From NCBI GenBank assembly GCA_051294375.1, contig CM119269.1, positions 8,629,619 through 8,693,618 of the forward strand: DNA of 64,000 nt. Reading direction: 5' to 3'. A model generated the notes under the pieces. That model ran no database searches. It was not told where the DNA came from and worked only from the letters and a program-made list of their open reading frames with translations. Both the position numbers and the translations under genes were made by a program. The stretch is from Paraspadella gotoi. Taxonomy: Eukaryota > Animalia > Chaetognatha. Positions 27,651 through 42,431 of the stretch are shown in pieces. Each line of letters starts with the position of its first letter. Position 1 is the stretch's first letter.

Positions 27651-28384
27651 AATTTATTAACTCTTATTATATTTCAAATCGTTAAGCGATGTTGCCGAAT
27701 TATCCCACCCACTAATCGCTTATCGCTTATCGCTCTCTCCCGCTTTTCAGAGCCTCCCTCCTACTCAGATTCATTTTCTTCTAAAAAATATTAAGTGACT
27801 AGAAAAAGCGAAGAAAATCGAAATTTAAAAAAAAAGGGAGAACTTTTAATTTCCGTCATCTGATTATTTTTTTTTTACTCCTTCTATTAAACTCTTCAGC
27901 CTATTTAGTTCTCTTTCCTTCGATAATTCTTTGAAGTGAAATGTTCTCTTAACTAAAATCCTAAACCCCTTTCCGGCTCTCTTTTCCGTGAGTGCCCCAT
28001 TCTGTTCGTTTATCCCAGAGTTTAATTTTAGTTTTAATATGTATCTAACCTGAATGAATGTATTCTTCAAAAACAAATAACGAAATCGGAATAGCAGGAG
28101 GGAAAAAGAAATGAAAAAATAAAACGGGGGATAAAAATTGGATAAACTCGGAATAAAACACGAAATAAATACAGGATGAAATATGGATAAAACCGGATAA
28201 AATCTAGATGCAAAACGGATAATCGAAGGAAGAGAAAAAATCGATTGAAAAGAATAAAAAAAAATCGGATTGAAAGAAGATTTTGGAAAACAAATTGGAA
28301 AAAATCGTGACGACGATGAAGTTGATTGAATGAAGAGGAAGATGGAATAATCCTCGATGGAACTCTGAAGGACAAAGTCATTTC

Positions 28385-28485
<101 letters not shown>

Positions 28486-29096
28486 TGAAGCGGGTCTTCC
28501 GTCTCGAGTCTTCGCTGCAACCGTCAAAACGATCGCTCTGAAAAGAAAGGAGAAAATGGGTGATGAAGAGATCTCATACCAATTAAATCATGAACCTCAT
28601 TTACATATTGTAGTAATCTGAATATTTGCATTTTAAATTTTAATAGTCAAGTAATCTTAACATTAAATCATGATTCATACCACAATTTTTTCCCGCGAAT
28701 AGATGACTTAGAGATATGACAAATTTATTATCCGATAAACTTATTTTTTTTGCATTTAATATTAAATATTTATTTTTTAATAATATCGGCTGTTTCGTGA
28801 TTAAAAATATCAAAAACATACTGGTTAAAATATAATTAATGATAGTTAATCTTTCAACAACAAAAAAATCGTTCCACGAATACAGCAATTCGTTGTAATT
28901 TACTTTGATCTGCTTAATATAAACTAAATATAAATCCCTATGAGACAGATAGAGATAACCTTGCTTGCCTTGGAAATCTCCAGCGCTACTTGAATTCTAA
29001 CCCGCGGGAAACTGCGTCTTCTTGAAGAAAAACAAATTTTCCCCCTAATTGTCATCGCAGAACCGACATTTTGTTCCAATTTTTCTCATTATTGTC

Positions 29097-29135
<39 letters not shown>

Positions 29136-29637
29136 CTATGAACCGCATCAACAAAAAGCAGGAAAACCAAACAAAACAAATCGAGCCGAAGGAAACCGAG
29201 GATTCACTTTCCTTTTCTCTACTTTTGGAAGATTAAATTTCATAGAAACTCGTATTTGTCAATATTTCTCTGATTTCTCGTTATATATATCTTTATTAAT
29301 CTTTTTATACATATTTTACAGTTTTTGGAGCTTTTATATTTTTACAATATTTGTCTTTAATTTCAAATATTTGTACTTAATAATAAAATACCAGCCTTTG
29401 TTTTGTTTTTTTGTTTTTTTGTTTTTTTAGGGTTTATTTTATTTCCGAAGAATTAAAGTTTATTTGTATCTATTTTCAAGCCTATCCTATCGAAAAAAAA
29501 AAGGAAAATAAAAACTTTTAAAAAGCGTAAAAAGTATAAAACCGGAAATCCGTTTAAACAGAAAAAAAAAAGTAAAGGAATAAAAATGGTTTTTCGTATT
29601 CCATTTATATCCTTCTTTCCATGCCGGCTTTTCGCAG

Positions 29638-29682
<45 letters not shown>

Positions 29683-30159
29683 ACCTTTGAACGTTCTGGA
29701 CATTTACAAAATAATTCAGAGATGAGAGATGAGGAAAGGAAGAAATAAGACGAACATAAAGATTGAAGTTGTTTTGTTATGGGGACGAGAAAAGAGGAAA
29801 GAGGGAGAGCGGAAGGAGAGAAGAAGAGATGAGGAAGAGGAAGAGAGAGAAAAATGAGCAAGAAAATTAGGAAAAGAGGGAGAAAGAGAGGAAGAGGAAA
29901 GGAAGGTTGAAAAAAGAAAGGAAGGAAGGTTGGAGAAAGAAAGGAAAAAGAAAGGAAGGAAGGTTGAAAAGAAAAAAAAAAGAAAGAAAAAAGAAGAATA
30001 AAAAAGTAAAAAAAGAAAAAAAATGCGGACGTCGACTAAAAAACGAAAGAATTCGAATATGAATCGCAGGTTTTGTTGTTCCTACAGAGACAGAGACACC
30101 CCGTGGGAAACCGCGAGCCTCTCCGACTCCATCTCTGCGTCTCTTTTTCTCTCTATCTT

Positions 30160-30192
<33 letters not shown>

Positions 30193-30199
30193 CTCTGTC

Positions 30200-33100
30200 T
30201 CTGCCTCTCTGTTCCATCTTCTCCTTCGAAGACGCATGGTTGTGATTCGTTGCGGAAATAACGTCGTCAATTTTCCGTATTCACAAGACTCTCTTTCCCT
30301 CCCTCTCGCTCTCTCTCTCTCTCGCCTTGGAGATGAATGAACGCTGAACGTGACTGAATAAAAATACTCTTTTTGCACTTTTTAATTATGAGGCGAGTTT
30401 CTATCTATCTATCTATCTATCTATCTGTTTGTGCTTTCGAGCTTAATATTATACTAATTATTGTTCTGACATTTGCGTTTGCGAGATAGACGAACAAATT
30501 TGGAACGCGATATGGTAAATTATTCTTTCACAATTAACAATGGCGACGCGAAAAATTAACGAGTTTTAAAAAAATGATAATAACGATGAGTTAAAACGGC
30601 TAATAAATAAACACACCAATATACTGGTTAAAAAACGTAATAACGTCCTGGGGCTCTCGAAGCCAACTCAATTTTTTGCCTCCCGCGAGGATTCTTAAAG
30701 TAAAAAATAATACATGATATCGTCTCACTATTCCGATATTTTTTCTCGCGTAAAACCGGGCCGAGGCACGCAACGGGATCTCTGCCGTCGTCGGGTTCGA
30801 CGGCCACGGTCCGTGTTCTGTCAAGTCATGGCCGGCGTAACACCCCCTCCCACGACACACGGGCCGCAGGGTCGTTCGGTTTTCCTGGAAGGGGCAAGGG
30901 TTGTCAGAGGAGAAAAAAAAAGAAATCGCTCAATTAATCAATTCTATAAATTTCAATTCTAGTTTATAAGAAAATCTAAATAAATTTCACGTAAGATTCA
31001 ATCGAAAATAAAGGCGTGCAAACACTAAGACTAAATTCGAATTTCGAAACAAAAAATTTAGCGGATCACATCCCTAAAACAATTTTTGGTTTTCGCGTTC
31101 TAAACGCGTCTTAGTTAAGAATTAATTGCACGCAAAAAATAAATTCAGAAGTAAATTAAAAAAAATCTATGCCAAACCCTTACCTTCCTGAAATTAAAAG
31201 GTTAACAACAGAAATTTAAAGACAAAAAAAAAATTCCAATGGTACCTGTGACCTGCAGGTTAAATTAAAAATGTCTACAGCGGTATTAATTTCAAAACGA
31301 AATAATTTTAAAAAGATAAAAGGCATGCAGATTCTTAATTTCGTAACAAAATAAAAACTTTTCCCCCCCGTAAAAAAAAATTTCGAGAAGGAGAACGAAT
31401 TTCTCCGTGCAAAAATTAACTTTCGTTAAGATGCAAATTACTATACTTAAATGGTGCAAAAGGTGATTACAAATTAACAAATGATTTCCGGCGGTTGAGG
31501 ATCTCGTCACCGGGTCTTGTCTGTGTTTCAAAAAATTTAAGTCATAAGTTCAAATCAAAATTCGGTAATTCGAAGTTTCGCTGAAACCAATTCCAGGTTA
31601 ATTAATTATAACATTTTGACAAAAATTAAATCAAATTCTTACTTTTTTCCGACGGCGACGTCGCCAGTGGTCTCTTACTGTTCGCAGAAATTTTTTGGAT
31701 GAGGGAGGGAAAAAATCTCGCGCCAGTCAGGGAACCTTTGTTGAAAGCTCTCCCCCCTCCTTCTGCTTGACCAGCGGAGGTCCTCCTTTCACGTTTCAAT
31801 CGTTCACCAGCAGTTCCTTTTGACATGTTCTGACGTTTACACTTGTCTGACTGTCAACAAGGTCAGTCAGTCTGTCATTCATTGTTTCATTTCTTTTCTT
31901 ACTTCGTCTTTGGCATTTACGCCATCGCCCACATGGCCTTTGCTTTCTTTTTGGCGTTCATGCTTCAAGGCGGACCCCCTCCTCAGCAGATTCCAGCTCT
32001 GGAACAGCGAGCAGCACCTTTGGGAGGTTTTCTGCAAATCTACTGGACGGAACTAAATCATTTTTTTAGGCAATTCAACTTTTTACAGTTGAGCGTGGAT
32101 TCAGGGTAATCAAGGCAGACTGAATGTCCGGAAGTCTTATCTTCCCGGTCACAGTCCAGCCCCAACAGTGTGCACAAGGTGTGGATCCAGAACTTGCCAC
32201 CTCTTCGGAGTCACTACAGATCGGACATCCGACCTTGCAGGTATCAAACTCCTCAGATAGTCTATCAGCGAGCCAGCCTGCTGCTGAGCCAATCATCTTC
32301 AGTATTTTCCATATCAGATTGGTTGAGGCTCACAGCCTTCTGCTTCAGAAGGCGCCTTCCCAAACCAATGTCATCCCTCAAACCTTACCACAGTAAGTGT
32401 GCCAGAGATCAGCACATCAATAATCTCATCAGTTAATTTCTGTTTTCTGACTCTGACTGGGGGTACTTCACCAATTTCTATGTTCTCTAGAGTCCGGGCA
32501 TCATGGCTAGCAGCCATGTCTGCTACAACCTTGTCCTGATTTCTCTTCAACTCTAGATTCTCATTCATGCAATTCTGCCTGGAAAAACTAATTGCATCAG
32601 CAACTCAATAAGAGGAGAGTGGGAAAAATCACCACCGCTGGCCAACCATCTAAGCTGAGCGCTTCTCAAACGAGTTTTATGCTGCAGATCCTCTGTCCAA
32701 GATCCAGTCAAATCTTTTTCTTAGGTACTTGACCTTACCTTTTAAAGGTGGTCAAAATTCTGGCCTGCGAGTCCGGGTTTCTTGCTGATCAGTCGAGCTT
32801 CTCTCTCTTCCAGGGTCACCTCAGTTGGTAAATTTGTGTCAGAATGGATCACAGTCGACACACAGGGTGATGGAGGTATCAATCAGGCTCAAAAAACCTT
32901 TCTGGACATTCAGCATGGCTGCGGTAATCCGCCAAGACAATGAACATTTTTCCAAAGGGTTAGTCAGACTGGCAAATGCTGACAGTCATTATACTTCATC
33001 TTAGTCTTAGGATCATCTGACAGTGGTAGTCTTGGGGTCTTCACTGGAGGGATCACACTTTCAATACTTTGATCTGAATTTCCAATCCTCTGATCAGGTT

Positions 33101-36100
33101 TACTGGAAGAGGGCGGGTACAACAGATCCTAAATCACCATTTTGAACTTGAGCAGTTTTCTTTCTTTATCTCGCATTGATGGAAGTGCCATCACATGAAG
33201 AGCAGAAAACAGTCTCTGGATTTCAAAAGACTCAACTCCTGAAGCGTTCAGCAGAGTGGAAGAGGTCATACATTTATCATTATACCAAATACATGCTTTT
33301 TTCACAGTAGGAGCGTCTTTCTTGCAAATATTCAACCAACTCCTGAGTTTCATTTGTGCTAGCCTTAGTCCTTTCTTATCTAAATCCTTTCTTCTTTCCT
33401 TGGAGGCCTTCCTTCCCATTTCTTCCTTCTTTCTGGCTCTTCTCTTTCATTGCAATTCTCTGAGCCTTTCTTCTAGTCCAGCTTTACCTTTTCATTACTC
33501 TCTCTTTTCTGTTTCTCCTCAACCCTCTATCTTCTTTCTGATTCATAAGACTTAAGGACAGGGGCAAAATTCTTGTCATCAAATCTTTCTACAGTACCAA
33601 AGCGGATGACCCCCGCTCCCTCTCACTCCTTGACTGCCCCTGCTTGAGTGGGAAATTGTTCCTCAGTATGGCCTTGCAAGGGCGGCTCTTTGATTCCGCT
33701 CAAGTCATTAGGAATGGCATGCGACATCACAGTACCATCTCTAATACTTCCTTGGACTCAGCACATCAGAGAGATACAACCAGGGAAAATCCAACCTTTG
33801 GAACAACCTTTTCAATCTGCAGCGGCTCCTTAAATCCTGAACAGGAACAGGCCTCACTGCACTTCGACCGAAAGGGATATCCAAAGGTCTCACAAGCTGA
33901 GGACAAAATAGTTGGACCTAGATACTCCCTTTCAATGCCATCAAATTCTTCCATGCCTTCAGTGTAGCCCGTATGCCGCCATATACTTCATGTTCATCTT
34001 CTGTCCACAGTTCTTTTTCTTCCAAGCACCCATAGAGCTGCTGGATAACATGGATCCGGGGCGCATGGTCAGGCCGGTTTTCCCTTCCTTTCCACAGGTA
34101 CAGTTCCTCAGCCAGGCCTGAATGGCAACCCTAGCTCTCGTCAGGCCTGAAGGTGCGGCGACCAGTGAAGTGGGTCGAAGCCATGGGTTTCTGTCTGCGG
34201 ATAAGGAAGAGAAAAAAACAAAATTAAAAAAGACGACGAATCTCGTCCAATCAAAATTCAAAAGGGGAGCAGCGCCGTCTCAGCCAGTGCTGAGTTGCAA
34301 AGCAAACTGGCGGCGCCGCTTTCAGCGTCAATTCTTAAATTCAAATTCTTTCGTCAGCCATTTCTTCAATCAAAGGGTAGACAGAGGTTGAGAAACCTCC
34401 GATCGTCAGTCGTCGCGCGCGTCCAAGAACGGCGAGGGCAGAGCAAGAGAGAAGGTTCGGACCAGATCCGACCGTCTCGGTCACGTCGCCTGGTCGAATT
34501 TTCGATTGTCTTCGCTGACCGATCTTTAGCCGGTTTCACAGGGTCCCCGCATCAAATGAAGGCCCGTAGCGTCACTACTGTTTATTCGACGACGAGTGTC
34601 AGGTTGCACAGTCTCTCACAGTGATACGTCTTTTCAACAGGTCTCTCCACCACGTGCGATAACGCGATGACCGGAATCATTTTCATCGGTGCCGAGTTTT
34701 ACTTTCATCGGCCGACTTTTTCAAGTTCGCGGATTAACGGCCGTTACTAATTCTTCCCACCGAGCCAAGTGTGTTAGTTTGCTTACGAAGACTACGTTTT
34801 CAATTCCGATCGATTTCACATGGTGGTCGATTTTTAAACCCGAAACGTATTTTTTTTTTTACTTTTCCAGGGGGAGGGTTCGATTGGGGGGGGGGAACCA
34901 ACAATCGAGTTTTTTACATGGCCCAGAGATTCGTATTACAACGTTTTTATATGTCCCAGTGAGTTCGCAATTGGACAACCGTTTTTAATGTCCAGGAGTT
35001 CGTATGGACAACGTTTTTAATGGCCAGGCAGTTCGATGGACAAAGCTTTTTTAATGTTTGTGCCTTCCGAGCTTAACTATTTCTAATCTTTCGTTGGCGA
35101 ACTTTGTTTCGAGATAGACGAATACAGAATTTTGGAACGCTGTTGGTAAATTACTTCTTTCACAATTAAAAATGGCCGACGCGAAATTAACCGAGTTTTA
35201 AAAAAGATAAAAACGTCTGAGCGTTAACAAAACGAGCTTTAAAATATAATACCACCGCTAATATTATGGTTTAAAAACGCATATACTTCCGGGCTCTCGA
35301 AGCAACTCCAATTTTGCTCACGCGAGGCTTTCTAAAGTAAAAAATAATCATGATATACTTCACATTTCGATATTTTTCTTCGCGTAAACGCGGCGAAGGC
35401 ACCGCGCGATCTCTGCCGTTTCGCTCGGGTCCTGACGCGCCACAAGGTTCGAGTGGTCAAGTTCCATTGCCGACCCTAGCGGTAACACTATCTATCTATC
35501 TATCAGTCGTCTGTCTGTCTGTCTGTCTGTCTATTTATCTATCTATATATCTATTTAATCGATGACGTATTAATTTTACCTAACTCACGTAATAATATTT
35601 TTATTTTGTTACTTTGTTAGTTATATCCAATCCTCTTTCACTCTCCTCTTAATTCTTCTTCCTCTCTCCCCTTTCCTCTTTTCATCACTCTCTCCCTCTT
35701 CCTAATTCCCTTTCCTCTCCTCCCTTCTCTCGATCTCAATAAATTTCTCCCATCTCTCTCTCTTGCTGTTGTCCTCGTCGCTTTTAAGATGAAAGACGAT
35801 TCGAATCGGTTATGGCCATCTTAAAGAGAAACTTGGGCAGGAATGGAAACCGAAATAATTGAGGGAAGGAAAAAGTCGGAAGAGGGGTGGGGGGGTCGCG
35901 TGTGGCGGCGGCGGAGGAGTTTGATTGATGTGGGGGTGGAAAGGATGGGGGAGGGATAATGAGGGGAGGAGACACGAAAGAGGGAGGGATAATGGGGGGT
36001 AGCGGATACGAGAAGAGGGGAAGGATATTGGGGGGAAGGAGGAAAAACGGGGAAGTATGATTTAAATTGAATGAAAGGCGGAGGAAGGGAGGGACAAGAG

Positions 36101-36304
36101 GCGGATAAGAGAAAGGAGGGGAAGTTGATCTCGGGGAGAATAAGAATCTAGATGAGAAAGTCGAAGAAAGACGAGCACAGAGTAGAAAGTGCGGGAGGGG
36201 GAAAGGAGGAAAAGCTTTATGCAAAGGGAGGAGGGGGAAATTAGAAGTAGAGGACGAATCAAAAGACGAATTTTATTCACTCATAAGAGGAGGGAGAGAG
36301 CAGA

Positions 36305-36352
<48 letters not shown>

Positions 36353-37908
36353 CACNNNNNNNNNNNNNNNNNNNNNNNNNTAAATGAGCATAGCATTACT
36401 GTTTTTTGTGTTTAATGAAAATTAAAATTAAAAAAAGTTACTTTAACACAAAACAAAAGACTCTCAATGCCGTTAAATCACCTTAATAGTGGAGCGACTA
36501 TGCATTTTATAATAGTATTTATTTTATGGATGTCAAGTTTTTATTTAAAGGTTATTGAATTATTGTTATTTTGAATCTTTATCATATAAACATTAACTTT
36601 ACTATTCCAACACCAAACTAAGTATTACCCTGAATTTATCTCTCCTCTCGATTCTCATAAATTAGGAGCGTGTTAATTAATTCATGCCTGTTTTCCCAAC
36701 AAGTATGAACTGAAAATGATGTTAAATTTAAATATTCTACCATGAAGTCGTTTCTGAGTCGTAAAGTGATCGAAATAGACTGGTTCGACTATACCTCGGC
36801 AGGAGAAGGATGATCGGAAGTGAAAAGTATAGAAGAAAACGGCGTATTTCAATTCCATTGCCTATCTATTTTTTCGATCGGCCGCTGCCCGCCGCCATCC
36901 AGCAGCCGCCGCAAGGCCCTCCCAACGCCAGCCGCCTCCCGTCATATGCCCTTCTCTTCGGTATATTACAATTATTACTTCTTCCGAATTTTTCTGATGG
37001 AGCAAAATATGAGATTGCTCTGTCCATCAAATAGACGTTGTCTGTTGTGTAATGTGGTGTCTTCGTCGTTGTTGTCGTCGTCGGTCGTTTCGTCCTTTCC
37101 TTCGTAGTCGTCGTCCTCGTCTGTCCTCTACCATTCGCTCGTTGTCGTCCTCAGTCGTCGGTCTGTCTTGTCGTCTGTTGCTGTTGTCTTCGTTTTAATC
37201 GTCCCTCGTTTATCGTTCGGTCGTTAGCTTGTTGGTCGTCCTCGTCATCGTCGTCGTTGTTCGTCGTCGCTGGATGTCGTCGTTTTCGTCTTTGTCGTCG
37301 TCGTTCGTTGTCTGTTCGTTTTAGTCGTCATCGTCGTCGTTCTGCCTCGTCGTCGCTGTGTCTCGTCGGCTTTTAATGATGAAAAGCGATTCGAATCGTT
37401 ATGCCTCTTAAAGAGAAATTGGGCAGGAATGGAAACCGAAATAATTGAGGGAAGGAAAAGTCGGCGAAGAGGGGGGGGGGACGCGTGTGGCGGGGAGCGG
37501 GTGTTGAATTGGATGGTGGGGGTGGATAACGGATCGGGGGAGGGATAATGAGGGAGGAGACAACGAAAGAGGGAGGGATAAATGGGGGGTAGCGAGAAAC
37601 GAGAAGAGGGAAGGATGATGGGGGGAAGTGAGGAAAAACGGGGAAAGTATGATTTAAATTGAATGAAAGGCGGGAGGAAGGCGAGGGACAAGAGGGGAAG
37701 AGAAGGAGGGGAAGTTGATCTCGGGGAGAATAAGAATCTGAGATGCAGAAAGTCGAAGAAAGACCGAGACAGAGTAGAAGTGCGGGCAGGGGGAAAGGAG
37801 AAAACTTTATGCAAAGGGAGGAGGGGGGAAATAGAATAGAGCGCAATAATAAACGAATTTTATCACTCCAAGAGGGAGGGAGATGAGAGAGAGAGAGAGA
37901 GAGAGACG

Positions 37909-37939
<31 letters not shown>

Positions 37940-39300
37940 TGCGAAGAGAGAGCGAGGAAGGGAGGGTATCGAGCGTGATGTGAGGGAGGTCTACCGAGCG
38001 AGGATGAGAGAGTGGTGGGGGGGGGGGGGCAGAGGGACGGGGGGTGGGGGCGGAGAGAATGGACAGATCGAAGGGAGAGAGTGGGGAGGGGGGGTGGGGG
38101 GGGAGGTGGTGGGGAAGAGAGGAGCGAGGCTCGCGAGGGGGGGGGGATGGAGGAGGAGGCGACGGAGGGGAGGGGGGGGGCGGACGAGGGGGGCGGGAGA
38201 AGGCGGGAAACAGCGTGAGATCGGAGAGGCGGAGGGGAGGCGGGAGGAAGAGCCAGAGGAGAGCTCGGCGGGGAGGGCGGCGAGGAGCGAGAGATGCTGG
38301 AGAAATTTTATTGAGAAATCGAGGAGAAGGTGAGGAGAGGAAAGGGAATTAGGAAGGAGGCGAAGGAAGAGCTGTATGAAAAGAGGAATAAGGGGCAGAG
38401 TAGGTAAGAAAGATATTAAGAGAGAGAGTGAAAGCAGGATTGGAGTATAACTTAACAAAGTAACAAAATAAAAATATTATTACGTCGAGTTAGGTTTAAA
38501 ATTAAACGTCATCGATTAAATAGATATATAGATAGATAAATAGACAACGACGACAGACAGACAGACGACTGATAGATAGAATAGATAGTCGTTGCGCCTG
38601 TCATCCGACTGCACACGACCGTGGCCGCTCGACCCGACGACGGCAGAGATCCGCGTTAGCGTGCCTGTCGCCGGTTTTACGCGAAGAAAAAATAGTCGGA
38701 AATAGTGAGACGATATCATGTATTATTTTTTACTTTTAGAATCCTCGCGGTGAGGCAAAAAAATTGAGTTGTGCTTTCGAGCAGCCCCAGGACGTTATTA
38801 CGTTTTTTAACCAGTATATTGTGTGTGTTGATATTTATTAAGCTACGTTTTTTAACCTCATCGTTATTATCTTTTTTTAAAACTCGTTAATTTTTCGCGT
38901 CGCCATTATTTAATTTGTGAAAGAATAAATTTACCAATATCGCGTTCCAACATTCTGTATCGTCTATCTCGCAAACGCAAAGTCAGGCAACGAAAATTAG
39001 AAATATTAAGCTCGAGAAGCGCACAAACCAGATTAGAGTAGATATGATAGATAGATAGAAAACTCGACCTCATAATTAAAAAGTGCCAAAAAAGAGTATG
39101 TTTTTATTTCAAGTCACGTTCAGCGTTAATTTCTCTCCAAGGGCTGATGAGAGAAGAGAGAGAGATGAGAGAGCTGAGAGGGCAGGGAAAGAGAGTCTTG
39201 TGAGTTATAGAATACGCGAAAAATCTGACGACGTTATCCGGCAATCGCAATCACAACCATGCGTAACTTACAAAGGATGAAGATGGACCAACAGAGAGCT
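30200..39300. repeat. Local direct and inverted segmental duplications
   Basis: About 30430-30830 recurs directly at 35056-35460 and inverted at 38600-39300. About 35770-36310 recurs at 37340-37900, and about 35490-35760 recurs inverted at 38300-38590. Confidence 0.75.
31650..34250 (-). pseudogene. Decayed intronless coding-like region, probably a TE remnant of unrecognised family
   Basis: Balanced base composition, CpG depletion and multiple broken minus-strand frames, some with CxxC pairs (GCPICS..PCAHCW). No diagnostic motif was recognised. Confidence 0.35.
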
Positions 39301-41527
39301 GTGCTAGAGTTACAGTGATCGAGCATGAAATGATAGAGAGAGAGAGAGAGAATGACGAGAGCAGAGAATAGATAGAGACGAAAAAGACGCCCAGAGGATT
39401 TGGCAGTCGCGAGCAATCTCTCTCTCTTAAAGGCTGTAGTTGCGAGAGACGAGAGAAGGCACAAATTAGCATTTGCTGAAATAGATAATTTAAATTGCTT
39501 TTATTATAATTTTTTTTCTATACATTCTAGCAAAGGGGTTTAATTTGTTATATACTAATTTACTTCATCTATGCTTTCAAGATGAATAAATTGAAAAAAA
39601 AAGGCAAAAAAAAACAAAATGAAAAGAAATTTAAAAATAATAAATGCAACATAAATGAATTCCCATCAATAATGAATTATAATTGATTAAATCAATTCCC
39701 TAAAAAAAAAAAGGGAATCCGTTAAAATTTTTTTAATTCTAATTTAAAAAAAAATATTAAAATCAATAATAGGAATTCAGCTCCAATGAATTCATTTATC
39801 ATTAATGTTTGTAGCATTAAAATATTTTTTCCGGTTACACGCCTTTAAAGACTTCCTCCTCCTCCTCCTCCTCCTCCTCCTCCTCTTTCCGTTCTTCCTC
39901 TTTGCAATTTCGACCAGAAACGAAATTTCAATCTCTTTGTCGTCGTCATCGGTGTCGTGGTTGTCGTTGTTGTTGTCATTCGCATCTTGACGAAATTTCA
40001 ATCTCTTTTCAAAGTCTTGTTCATCACGTGATCCTGGATCAACGGGAGTCGAATTTCAGAAGAGAGAAACGTAGACGTGAGCGAAAGTGTAGTTACGGAT
40101 AGTAGTCTTCAGCCCACTTAGCGCTCTTTCCACATATAATGTATTATTTGTTTCGTGAGTTATGTGATTGAATCTTTGATTGATAATACTTAATTTTTGT
40201 CTTAAACGACTGTCGAAAAACTTTGGTTTTAATAGTCACAATTTCCATTGAAACTACTACTAAGCTAAAAATTGTTAATATGATAATAAAAAATGTTTTC
40301 AAGCTTTTGGGTGATAATGAAATATAGTTCAATTCAATTATAATTTACTACTTCTTCGGTTATGACTTGAATTACGTTAAGATATGAACAATAAGTTTAT
40401 TAATATCAAGTCTTTTGTTAGTGCTCAAAAAACAACTTAAAAACACAATAGAATTTTCATGCCTGGAAAATATTAATAAAGGAAAGAAAGGCTTTTCTTT
40501 TCTATAATAAGAAATAAATAAAAAAAGCCTTTTGTTCGAAAAAAAATCGGAGGCTTTTGTTTATCGCTTCTGCCAACAGAGGCGCTTGAGACTCGATCGG
40601 AAAAAATGGCGGAGATTTCGTAAATCTTTTCTAAGGATTTTTTTTTCTTTCTTTTCTTTCTTTCTTCTGGCCGAGACGGTGAGAGAGGGAAGGGGGGAGT
40701 GGTAAAAGAAGTGAAGGGTGGGGGTGGAATAATGAAGGACTCGAGAGGATGAAGAATGACAGAGTACGGGGGGAGCGTGCGAATGAAGGTAAAAGATGCA
40801 ATAGGAAAGAGGAGATTTATTGGAGAGAGAGGGGAGAGAGAAAGAGAGAGAAAGAGAGTAGAGAGAGAGAGAAGANNNNNNNNNNNNNNNNNNNNNNNNN
40901 NNNNNNNNNNNNNNNNNNNNNNNNNNNNNNNNNNNNNNNNNNNNNNNNNNNNNNNNNNNNNNNNNNNNNNNNNNNNNNNNNNNNNNNNNNNNNNNNNNNN
41001 NNNNNNNNNNNNNNNNNNNNNNNNNNNNNNNNNNNNNNNNNNNNNNNNNNNNNNNNNNNNNNNNNNNNNNNNNNNNNNNNNNNNNNNNNNNNNNNNNNNN
41101 NNNNNNNNNNNNNNNNNNNNNNNNNNNNNNNNNNNNNNNNNNNNNNNNNNNNNNNNNNNNNNNNNNNNNNNNNNNNNNNNNNNNNNNNNNNNNNNNNNNN
41201 NNNNNNNNNNNNNNNNNNNNNNNNNNNNNNNNNNNNNNNNNNNNNNNNNNNNNNNNNNNNNNNNNNNNNNNNNNNNNNNNNNNNNNNNNNNNNNNNNNNN
41301 NNNNNNNNNNNNNNNNNNNNNNNNNNNNNNNNNNNNNNNNNNNNNNNNNNNNNNNNNNNNNNNNNNNNNNNNNNNNNNNNNNNNNNNNNNNNNNNNNNNN
41401 NNNNNNNNNNNNNNNNNNNNNNNNNNNNNNNNNNNNNNNNNNNNNNNNNNNNNNNNNNNNNNNNNNNNNNNNNNNNNNNNNNNNNNNNNNNNNNNNNNNN
41501 NNNNNNNNNNNNNNNNNNNNNNNNNNN

Positions 41528-41566
<39 letters not shown>

Positions 41567-41849
41567 GTTCTTTCTATTTTTACTAGGACAGATTTGATTG
41601 CCAGATGGAAGCGTCGGCTAATTTTGCTTCCTTGCCGTTTAAAATATTTTTAAAAGAAACAATCTTAAGCTCTCTTAGTATTTGTTAATCATTTTTTATT
41701 TCCGTTTAAAAACAAACAAGCGCTTTTTTCGAATTTTCATTCAAATTTCTTAAGAGCAAAAGAAGTAAACAAATGTGCCACTCATCTTTGACTATTGCGT
41801 CTTTTGATAGAACTTAACATAAGTCGGGAGATGGGAGAGATATTGGTAC

Positions 41850-42235
41850 AACATTGGCCTCAAATGACTTTCACTGCAAGACTACTATGACCTTGAATGA
41901 GTTTCGCCCAAATCAAGGCTTCGTATGATCTTCATCCCTTATCGCTTATTGCCTCAAATGACTTTTGGCCCAAAATGATTTTCGGCCTCAAATGAATTTT
42001 ACTTCAAATGGCCTAAAATTAATTTAAACCCCAAACGGTTTTGGACTCAATTGAGTTTGACCCCCTAAACGCTTTTGGCCTTAAATGAGTTTCACGCCCA
42101 AATGCTTTTGGCCTCAAATGAATTTCACCCCCGAATTAATTTCAATGAATTTCAACCCAAAACGTTTTTGGCCTCAAAGGAGCTTCACCCCGTAACAATT
42201 TGGGCCTCAAATGAGTTTCACCCCAAATCCGAACT
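41850..42235. repeat. About 30-bp tandem repeat (ttggcctcaaatgagtttcacccc)
   Basis: About 12 degenerate units. Confidence 0.7.
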
Positions 42236-42431
42236 CCTTTCAGTCTTTGATGACCTTTGACCCGCGATTCGCGTGGCGCAATTTTCGTCATTCGATGTTC
42301 AACCGCGAGTTTTCGAGTAAGCAAAGGTTTACNNNNNNNNNNGAGAGAGAGAGAGAGGTGTTGCCCACTAAATTGAAAAGAGAAAAAGAAAAAGAGATAG
42401 ATATCAACAGTGACGTCGCGATTTGGAATTA

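Noticed and set aside
32420-32435. Minus-strand CTGATGA (also at about 2002-2010 minus and 39144 plus) as hammerheads
   Set aside because: No stem II followed by GAAA at a suitable distance.
35056-39300. Large inverted duplication as a biological palindrome
   Set aside because: The copies differ by many scattered indels typical of raw long-read error and flank an N gap. It cannot be distinguished from misassembly.
40749-41597. 282-aa and 276-aa ORFs
   Set aside because: They run through an N gap and (GA)n tracts.
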